This document shows positions 54,182-64,000 of a stretch of 64,000 nt of DNA, one piece after another. Position 1 is the stretch's first letter, and each line of letters starts with the position of its first letter. The DNA is taken from positions 3,596,001 through 3,660,000 of the forward strand of contig OX597821.1 in assembly GCA_951406725.2 (NCBI GenBank), in the 5' to 3' direction. Origin of the DNA: Octopus vulgaris (lineage: Eukaryota). A program made the position numbers and the translations under genes. The notes under the pieces are model-generated. The model was given only the letters and a program-made list of their open reading frames with translations, searched no databases and was not told the origin of the DNA.

Positions 54182-54447
54182 AATATAATATGTGGCAATT
54201 ATTCGGTAGCCATGATAACACTCCGCGTTTCGGATGTCGGGGCGGAAACCCATGCCGGCATCTCTTCAATTATCGGGCCCGATAAGTGAAGAGATGCCGG
54301 CATGGGTTTCCGCCCTGACATCCGAAACTCGAAGTTTTATTATGGCTACCGAATAATTGTCTCATATTATATTTGCAGATAAATTCCTCTATTTACATAA
54401 TATCGAAGTCTCTTTCATTCTCTTGTTGTCTTACCATTTCTATCAAT
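54178..54447. mobile_element. Penelope-like pLTR with a spacerless 200 bp palindrome (54178-54377) and back-to-back hammerhead-like motifs
   Basis: Centre GGG|CCC at 54277/54278. Arms of 100 bp with 8 mismatches. The right arm continues ~70 bp further. TA tracts flank it. Confidence 0.8.
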
Positions 54448-54479
54448 ATGTATGTATATACATATATATATATATTACA

Positions 54480-55250
54480 TAAGAAGGAAAAGGACAACAG
54501 AAGCCAACGCAGGATGAGTACCTGAAGTCATGTAGAATAATTCATTGAGAGTAAATTTAAAGTCTTACACCTGTTTTTGGGATATCCTAAGTGATAAATA
54601 TATACTTGTCTGTATACTGGATAGTCCCTCTAAGAGACAAGGTGAGTATGTATGAACGTTCTAGACAGGTAAATGCTCAGTTTATAAGGTAAAAGAAGGA
54701 GATTAAGGAGCAAAACATATAGTAGAATGCAAGCAGGAGAATAAAGTTAAAATCTCATCCTTTTCCGGAGGGCAATAAGGTTGGTCCCTTCTTCCCTGAA
54801 GGGATACGTCCTTAGGTATAATGCCAAGATTTTGTAGTCCTTTCTAACCTAATATCATATATACCTGCTAACACAGAAGCCTCATACGGATACCTAAATC
54901 TAGCTTTCTCTCTGAGCTTCCAACCTATCGGATGACCAATTATAGCACTTACTAAGCATACCTTTCCGTTTAGATCACCAGTGAACCCCTCGTATTTTTT
55001 GTATATATAAATCCTTGTTTGACGCGTATGCGCAGGTGCTCACTTTTCCCTCTTAGGCAATTACACAACACATGTAGATTAGATACTTATTGAAAAGGAT
55101 TTTTCTCGAACACCACATTCATGTTCGTTCAATCAACGATCCCTCTTCTGTACTTGAGATGTCTTGCACACATTGCAATTGTGTCAGTTCATGGTTTAGT
55201 TAGAAATGATTTATATGTTCCAATTGCCCAAAAGGTTTTGCGGTTTCATT
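54480..55250 (-). mobile_element. Decayed Penelope-like element 3' end (Cys linker/GIY-YIG remnant plus hammerhead-like motif 54562-54638)
   Basis: Minus peptides CNVCKTSQ... and STCVV*LPKREK*APAHTRQT resemble the PLE linker and GIY-YIG start. Motif GTCT-cttaga-GGGAcTATCC...GGATATCCC-aaa-ACA-gg-TGT-A-AGAC. Confidence 0.5.
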
Positions 55251-57721
55251 TTACCGTGCTCTGACCTGATTCATTTATTCTCTACTATAGTTGACATGGA
55301 TATTTAACTAAATATATTTTCGAATTATGCCATTATAAAGTTTTTAGTTATAAATTGTTTACATGCTTGTTCTTTTACGTTCCTTAAAGAAGGATACATT
55401 TTAAGCCATCGTGAAAGAGGAAAGAGAGAGGTCGGGTAGATAAGTATTTTTAATTACTTAATTTCAATTTCTGAGTTCGATTTTCGCTGGAGAATAACTT
55501 CTCTCTTCATTCATTAATCTACGTTCGCGAACTTGCCAAAGCATTTCTGTTTTCGCTAGCAGGCGTTGCAGCATTTATTCTCGTTGTTTGTGTTATCAAA
55601 TCAAATCCTCTTTTTTTGGAGACTTCATTCCCTGTTGGGTGTAACATCACTTCGAACGCCTTAAGCGCTTTTTGCGCTTTCTACTCTAACTGAAATTTCT
55701 GAGCTTGATATTACCTACCGGCATCCACCTACAAATTTTGGAGGCATTTTAAATAAATAATTTGATTTCACTGTCTTCCTTTTACTGACGGATAAGTCAT
55801 TCACTATATTTCGGTCTATTCTGAGATATATGTTTAAAAGAAATTTCCTGACATTTCAAATATTAGGATTGAATCTGAAACCACGTAGTTGCGGAGCGGA
55901 AATTTTAACGAGCCATACCTGAAATGAAACTAAACAACCACAAAAACAGCAACGCTAATTCGAAAGTCATCATGAAACAAGTCAGAAAAGTCACGCACAA
56001 TTATATTGAAATAGGTCCTGAAAAAATGGAAACACGTTGAGGTGGTACCATTATGCAATGTACGATATATATGAAATTTGTGGTTAGTGGAGGATGTTTC
56101 CTTTGAAATACACAAATGTATATAAATTGATATGTTTTTGCTATCTTACAACACGGAATAATGAATAATTTATTTATTTTGCAATAAAATTTGTTTTATC
56201 TTTGAAGCAAATGAATAACTTAACATAATTTCTGAAGAATTCAATGAATGTAATACATATGTATATATGGATCTATGCAGGAGCATTTGTGTGCTTACAT
56301 GTGTGTGTGTGTCTGTGTGTAATGATTATTTTCAAATGTTTCTTTTCAAATAAGCACGCATATATTTAGAAACGCACAGTTTCATAGCGTATATGCATTT
56401 GCTCAACAATACAAGAGAATCTCAACATTTTTGGTTGACGTGGTATAAATAGCAACAAAAGCCCACCGATATGGGAACCTACCATTTGAAGCATTGGCTA
56501 GTTTAGTCACAGAAATCCTGATACTATATAGACTTGAGCGATAACCTAGGGCTACATACTACATATCTCTATGTATATATGTTTGTATGTGTGTGTGTGT
56601 GCGTGTGTGTGTGTTTGTGTGTGTTTAAAGTTAACATGCAAAGATCAAGATGTGGGAATTTAGTAACATTCGAGCAGTCCGTAGAAGGCACAAAAAACAA
56701 CTTTCAGGAAGGATAGTGGTTTATTGACGTAAAAGATTGTAAATTCTTCCTATATCAAAGTTCGATAAGCTGAAAAACGGTAATCTATAGCTTACGGTTA
56801 GCAGTTGGGGATGCTGTGTATGCGAATAAAGATACAAAATCAGGGAATGGAGAAGGTAAAATTCGGAGTACACATGTTTCATAGCTAGCAAAACCTCTGA
56901 AGTTGCAATTGCCCAAACGGGAGTTAATCCGCTAACTACTCGTCGGGTCAAAGATACCTTAATCAAATGATGTTTGTAGTGTTCAAGAGATCCCATTTCA
57001 ACTCGCAGGAGAGTCGATCGAATATCGATGTAAACTCATAAGTAGATCAGGACTGATATGGATGGAAGCATCACATCAGGGACGAAATGTTTTACATGGA
57101 TAAATGATTTGGCTCTGCGGAAAATGTGAACAAATTTCAAATACAGTGTAGTTTGCAAACTGAATTAATAATAAATAATAAAAAAAATTGTGTATGAAGA
57201 ATTAAACAGTAATATACATAAATATACATATAAGCGAATAATTTTGTGAAAATCAGACTTAATGAACTCCTATGACTATAAAAAATGTATATACTAATGC
57301 TCTATATTTATTGCGAAGCGTGTGTGGATTTATACGAAAACAATTTAGGATTTGTGTGTGGGCGGGGACATACCAATCTGTCTGTCCATCTGCCTCTCTG
57401 CCCCTCTCCCGCCTTCTCTCTCCATAACGCATATTTTAGCAAGTGTTTCGGGGAATGTGTACGTTATTGTTGCATAATCAAATAAAAAATCGTCTGTTAC
57501 AAAGTACTTCCAAGGTGTAATTTGTTAGTATATTTACTACAATTTCTTCTACAAAACAGGTTTCTATATACAAGATCTACAATGTACTTTTAAATTGAAA
57601 TAAACCCGAAATGGAATATAAAATATGAATTTAAAATATGCATAAAGTAACATGTATATATAAGAAAAATGAAATTACTCTTTTGAACTTCAGATAGTAC
57701 CATGAAATTTGAGCTAGATTT

Positions 57722-57757
<36 letters not shown>

Positions 57758-57836
57758 AATGTGTGTGTGTGCGTGTGTGTGTGTGTGTGTGTGAAATACA
57801 TATTTAGTAGAGGACATCACCAACAAGTGAGAAATA

Positions 57837-59108
57837 TTAGGTTCTTCCGAAAATAATGGCAGCTATAAGTATTGTGTTTTCAAACACAATTTCATCATAG
57901 CATCTTAATTATATTTTAGGTGAATTTCGATATACTTAATAATGGATGTATGCTCTTTAATAATCTTCTACTTCTTTCAGACAGAAAACATTCTCGAAAC
58001 ATGGGCGCTCTTAATTATGAACATGAAAAAAGTGTTCTTTCGCTTACTTTACTTGCGTGAGTTCAAGCTTGGGCACAATGCCTCCCGAACTGCTACCAGT
58101 ATCAATAGAGCATGGGGAAAGGTGTCCACAAGGGATCGCAGTGTACGAAGGGGGTTTCAGAAATTCCGTAGTGGTAATGAAAGCCTTGAAGGTGAAGAAG
58201 GTAGTCTTGACAACGAACAGTTGAAAGCAATTGTTGAACAAAGCCTACGTGAAATTGTCAGAGAAATGTCTGAGAATCTTTGAGTCAGTATTGCCACAGT
58301 CTCACGAAATCTGAAGAAGTTTGGTGAGGTGGAAAAGCTCGGTATTTATTGAGGGTACTGCATGAGCTCCATGAAAATCGAAAAGTTCGGCGTTTTGAAG
58401 TGTGTTGGACGCTCTTTCTGCAAAACACCAATGATCCTTTTCTTGACCGAATACTCATTTGTGTGACAAGTGGATCATTTTTGATCGCTGTAAACAACCA
58501 GGTCAATGGCTTAATCGTGATTAACCCCCAAAACATTTCCCAAAGCCAAAGTTGCATCAACAAAAGATTATGGATACTGTCGAGTTGTCTGCCATTAGTG
58601 TTGTCCATTACAGTTTTCTGGAAGTCAATCAGAGCATTACAGCAGAGATTTACTGCAATAAACTCGCTGAAATGCATGCTCACTTGCAAAATATGAGACC
58701 AACATCGGTGAATCGGTGTGGCCCGATTCTGCTCTACGATAATGTAAATCCACCTGTTGCAAGAATGACGCTGCAGAAACTCACGGACTTGGGATTCGAG
58801 ACTTTACCACATCCTCCATATTCTCCGGATCTTTCACCCACTGGCTACCATTTTTAAAGCATGTAAACACATTTTTTAGTGATAAAACTTTCAGGTCCAA
58901 TCCAGAGGTGGAATCAGCTTTCAAAGATTTCTTAGCATCAAAGCCAATATGTTGTTATCAACGTGGCATAAATAATCTCGTTGATCGATGGCAGAGATGC
59001 GTAGATGTTCACGGCTCATACTTTGACTAATCAAAACATTTCTATTGTTAATTTTTCTAGAATAAAATTATGTTTCTGAAATCGGCCATTATTTATGGAA
59101 CAACCAAA
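57837..59108 (+). mobile_element. Full-length (1272 bp) mariner element, inactivated
   Basis: TIRs TTAGGTTCTTCCGAAAATAATGGC / reverse complement TTTGGTTGTTCCATAAATAATGGC, flanked by TA. The transposase spans the interior. Confidence 0.92.
58017..59030 (+). pseudogene. Mariner (DD34D-type) transposase pseudogene
   Basis: EFKLGHNASRTATSIN, FQKFRSGNESLE, VLHEL (WVPHEL-like), PFLDRI, ILLYDN, LPHPPYSPDLSPTGYHF, RWQRCVDVHGSYFD*. Stops and frameshifts. Confidence 0.9.
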
Positions 59109-59198
59109 TACGTCACGAGAGAAAAATACAGAACAGAATATCAAAAGAAGGTAACTCACTCATCTGTTGTCGGATTCTTTATTACTCCCTATTTCATG

Positions 59199-59272
<74 letters not shown>

Positions 59273-59479
59273 TGTTGCCTGGAAATATTTAAGAACATAC
59301 GATTTAATATGTAAATACTTAGTCACTTCATCTAGACGTAGCTTTAAAATGTGGTTGAGAAATTAATAATAGTAACGAATATAATTATGTTTTAGAAATC
59401 AATAGAACGCAGTTGCACTAATGAGGTATTGCTAAGACCTAGTCAGTGCTTTATTATTGATTTTGTCAGTATATTGGAG

Positions 59480-60000
59480 CATAGGATTTACCAAAAAACA
59501 TTGAAAGACAAAAGAACTGTCAATATTCCTCATTAATATGGTCAACGTTGATATAACTACTTTTTAGCAGCATAAATATCTGCTGACTTCCTTCCAGTGA
59601 ACGGTTTTACCAAAGCCTTGCCTATTTTGATTATTGATGTACACAACTGTTTAATTACAAGACTTCGTGATACACCTACCATCGTCCGTATTACTGCTGT
59701 TTACAACGATCATTGAATCGGAAATCTGCATATTGTCTGGTCGTTTTGCAATGATTCACGTAAATAACACTGCATTTATTTCTGAATTTTCTTGTACTTC
59801 ATAGTTTGCTATACACAATCGTTTTTAGGCATTTTATAATCATCCATGAAATGCGTTAACTTCCCTCGTCTTTTAATACCAATTATGGTAAAAGGTCAAT
59901 ATGGTAAATTCTCACAAATTAATTAAAACTTTTAGCTATTTCGAAACTGTACTTTTTTCACTTTCCAGTATTGAGTGTCTTCATGCGTTTCCCAAATTAT
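59480..60000 (-). mobile_element. Very old pogo/Tigger-like fragment
   Basis: Minus peptides SEINAVLFT*IIAKRPDNMQISDSMIV (CENP-B-type HTH-like), EGKSADIYAA and LTVLLSFNV. Confidence 0.4.
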
Positions 60001-61611
60001 TCTTATAAACATTGAAAACCACCTTTATAATTAATTGGAAAATATACAATTAGCTATATGGAATGATATTGACAGCTCCTTGGTTATAAAAAAAGAAAGG
60101 AACGAAAAACGTCCGGGAACAACGGAAACTTACCGTAGATGACTTCGTAAGAGTAAGTGTGTAGATACGCTTACAATGAGTTTGCTAATGTTGTAAAGCA
60201 GTATTTTGCCATTGTTGCATCTGTCTTTTGATTACGGTTGTCACTCTGACAGTGTCATATTTCGAAGTCGTTGATCGAATGTTACTATCTGGCAGTGTAC
60301 GACCCCCGTTCCAATCGTACATTATTGTTACCCTCAAAAGGATGGATCGTTATAACGTCCACTTAGTACAACAGTATAATTACTATATCAGCACAGACAC
60401 GTCCATCAACACAGACTTCTCGCACTTTTGACCTTTCTGAACTTCTCTCGGCGACCGGCCACTGCTCTATTTATAATGGCTGACTACTATTACTTTTTAC
60501 TGGGAGGGGTATACAGTTTCAATATACGACGGATAAACAGCGGATAGCAAGAAATTTTTGTTGTAGTAGATTATATGGACTGTGCTACTTAACTGGATTT
60601 GAAGTCAGAAATATAATCTATAAGCTGATAATGGTGCATTTCTGTTATTCTATTGCCATTAGCAAATTCATAAGTTATTAAATAAATTACTAACAATAAG
60701 AAATAGTTTATATTTAAGCAATTAAATTAATGGTATACAATTAAAAACGTGATAAAAAAAGAGAGAGTATATAATTAATTGCTTTTTCTTTTACTAGAAA
60801 ATTATTACAAACGGGTGCTATAATGATGCTATAATGGGAAAACAATGGACGTTTGATAAAATGAATTGTCGTTTTATGCAATAACGTAATGTATTTTACA
60901 CTAATTTTAAAATTTGTGTAGAGAAAAAATTTATATGAAGACAAAAATTGTATAAATATAGAGAAGTATGAAATTAGTATTATAAAAGAGCACGTGATAT
61001 ACACTCTCGCTCATTTGATCAGAGGTTAACGCGGACTGGTTCGATATCTGGGTAAACAAAAGCAAAAAAGAAGTACGCATATTATATATCTCTCACACTT
61101 CTCTCCTTTCCTCTCTCGCCTCCTCTCTCTCTGTATATATACATAAACACACATACGTGCGTTTGTGTGAGTGTGAGTGTATGTGTGTATATACAGATAG
61201 GAGAATAGATATAGATAATTGCATATACATACACATATACGCAAGTATGTACTCATTCACACACACACACATATAAACATATATATATTTGTAGTGTAAG
61301 ATATGAATTGAGAGAATTGTGCGGTTATCACAGAAAGCTACTCTAACGGATTCAGCTATCAGATTTCACAGTAACCCAGAACAGAGAAGAGCGATGCAGG
61401 GTGAGATAACTTTCTTTAGTTGCATTGGTTTGTGACTATAAATTGTATTGAATAATGTGTAGCATGACCATTAATTATATTAAATATATGGAAATACAAT
61501 CTACACGACTCTGAAATTATAACAGGGGTGTAATTTTATTGATGTTAAGTGGTTAAATGAATATATTCATCTCTCAAACTTTTTGATATTTTTAATTCAT
61601 ATATATATATT

Positions 61612-61784
61612 CTCTTATTTGTTTCAATCATTTGATTGCGGCCATGCTGGAGCACTGCCTTGGTCGAGCAAATCAACCCCAGCTTATTCTTTGTAAGCCT
61701 AGTACATATTCTATCAGTTTTTCGTGCCGAACCGCTAGGCGACAGGGAAGGAAACACACCAGGTTGTCAAGCGATGTATGGGGT

Positions 61785-61800
<16 letters not shown>
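61612..61800 (-). mobile_element. SINE family A, 3' half
   Basis: TGTTTCAATCATTTGATTGCGGCCATGCTGGAGCACTGCC...GTTGTCAAGCGATG. Confidence 0.85.
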
Positions 61801-61831
<31 letters not shown>

Positions 61832-62324
61832 TTATATATTTACTGAGTTAATATTCATATAACATTGTGCCAACTAATTATTTTTCATAATTATTATATA
61901 GTTACATATATTTCTCAGAAACATCCCTGTGTTGGCATTTCATCGGCTGGAATACGATTAATCAGTGTTGGAGTTTTCAGAATTCTCTACCAATACCGTT
62001 GTACATTACTTTTGGCCAACCCAATGTAGATAAGGATAAACAAAAATCTAAAAGTACGATGACAGTACCAACAACAATAACATCAACTCCGCTACGGCGA
62101 CCTTCAATATAATCGTAGTAATAATAATATTAAGAGTATGTGTGTGAGCGTACGAGTGTGTGCGTGTGCGTATGCGTGTGCGTAGTGTGTAATTTCTTTC
62201 GTTTGTTTATATTACACTTTAAGACTCTTCCTCAGTTTTTGTATTTACAGACAAAACCCGTGAGAATAGTAGTCGTAACAACCTCTTCACGAGAAAAATG
62301 TAATATATTAGAAAATAAAACTTA

Positions 62325-62475
62325 AGGTGTGGCTTGCTTACCAACCACATGGTTCCGGGTTCATTCCCACTGCGTGGTACCTTGCGTAGGTGTTTTCTAA
62401 TATAGCCTCGGGCCGACTAAAGCCTTGTGAGTGGATTTGGTAAACGGAAACTGAAAGAAGCTCGTCGTATGCATG

Positions 62476-62535
<60 letters not shown>

Positions 62536-62745
62536 TTTGTGTGTCTGTCTTTGTCTCCCCAACATCGCTTGACAACCGATGCTGGTGACTTCACGACCCC
62601 GTAAATTAGCGGTTCGGCAAAAGAGACCGATAGAATAAGCACTAGGCTTCCAATAATAAGTCCTGAGGTCGATTTGCTCGACAAAAGGCGGTGCTCCAGC
62701 ATGGCTGCAGTCAAATAATTGAAACAATAATAGAGTAAAGAGTAT
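62325..62745 (+). mobile_element. SINE family A, near full length
   Basis: GCTTGCTTACCAACCACATGGTTCCGGGTTC...internal TA/TG...GGCGGTGCTCCAGCATGGCTGCAGTCAAAT. Confidence 0.9.
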
Positions 62746-62997
62746 ACAAATTTCACTTTGAAAAAATTTGCATAGTTACAGGGGGAAACTATTTTATTAA
62801 AATGATTTGTTTATGAGAGTGTCGTAGATGCTAAGTATTATCAAACAAACAGCGCCTCACACACGTTTGATACTGTATGCAGCACTATATGGCTTTAAAA
62901 ATAATTTTTCATATTTTCGCAGTATATGAGTTAAAACAGTATTCCTATCGACTTTTGTTCTGTAGTGTCATTATTTCACCAGGTACGCGGATAGATT

Positions 62998-63257
62998 TTT
63001 TTTTTGTTTCCCGGCTTCTTGGCGTATAGGTCTCCTACCTGGACGGGACGCCGGTCCGTCGCAGATGACCTGCAAGATGCTGGAGGAAAGAGTGAGAGAA
63101 TGTTGTGGCGAAAGAGTCAGCAGAAGTTCGCCATTATATTCTGCCGAAGCAACGTGGAGCTTAGGTGTTTTCGCTCATAAACACACACATCGCCCGGTCT
63201 GAGATTTGAACCCGCGACCGCGAGTCCGCTGCTCTAACCACTAGGCCATGTGCCTCT
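62998..63257 (-). mobile_element. SINE family D (tRNA head, A-rich tail)
   Basis: Minus strand GAGGCACATGGCCTAGTGGTTAGAGCAGCGGACTCGCGGTCGCGGGTTCAAATCTC with A/B boxes. TSD-like CGGATAGATTT at 62988-62998 and 63279-63289. Confidence 0.8.
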
Positions 63258-64000
63258 ACATGGCCGTGTAAATCTCCACGGATAGATTTACACCACGATG
63301 AATGATGTGTATTCACAATATTCAAGAATGATTTATGCTATCCATTTCATTGTTTAGGATTTATAAACGAAATCTATCTTCATTCAGATTTGTTCTTGTA
63401 TCTTTTCTGAAAAGTGAATTCTACAGGGGAGGTTTTAACTTTGTGCAATTTACGCAGAATATTGAAAAGTTTCCCTTTTAACCGGCAACATTATGCTTGC
63501 TATGAACATTGGATCCGTTCTCATCGTCCAAAATGAAAATGCAAAGGAAGTCGAGAGCAATTTACGACACTACACTACAGAATATCAAGCGGTGTAGTTG
63601 TTATTAGTAATGTGTACCAGTTTTATCCAGCCGGTCCTTAAGATCGAAAACATTTTAATGCAGAAGGCCCTATCTTTTCAATTGTATTCTACATCTAGCG
63701 ACCTCATTCTCTCTATCATGTACTTTTTAAATTTCTATTTATTAAATACACGCAATTCACGGTTTATCTCATCTATCGTATACAGGAAACCTCTACTTAC
63801 AATCTCATTGACTAAACGTTCTGTTAGACAGTTTAATTTGATATTGTGTTCAACTGTACTCAAATCGATCATCCCATCTTGTCAGACGTATTCTATATCT
63901 GGCTACATTATACAATTTGTTATATTTTTAGAAAGATTTCTGCTTTTATATGCACTAATATGTGTTTCGAGTTCTCACTGTTCTTTAGAAAGGATGAAAC

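Noticed and set aside
58017-59030. Domesticated SETMAR-like gene
   Set aside because: No SET domain, TIRs and TA TSD present, and multiple disabling mutations.

Overview
AT-rich, microsatellite-saturated eukaryotic DNA. The repeat landscape looks like a coleoid cephalopod, probably Octopus; this is an inference from the repeat families, not a database match. No intact host gene is recognisable, and nearly all ORF-track entries are translations of simple repeats. The window is a layered set of transposable elements: four tRNA-derived SINE families, several Tc1/mariner and pogo/Tigger fossils, a hAT MITE, two Helitrons (one with a PIF1 helicase remnant), CR1-like, Tx1-like and R4/Dong-like LINE fragments, and Penelope-like pieces. 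Four observations stand out. (1) At 31.8-35.4 kb, three insertions from at least two Tx1-like families are stacked at the same nucleotide of one SINE head; the two long ones carry ORF1 (gag/zinc knuckle) only. This suggests site-specific retrotransposition into a SINE or tRNA-like target. (2) Two SINE families share 3' tails with LINEs in the same window (SINE-B with the Tx1-like LINE, SINE-A with the CR1-like LINE). (3) Several minimal type-I hammerhead-ribozyme-like motifs occur, including two spacerless palindromes that carry back-to-back hammerheads. (4) LINEs sit in specific microsatellites: Tx1-like in (GATA)n and R4/Dong-like in (TAA)n. All alignments and mismatch counts were done by eye.
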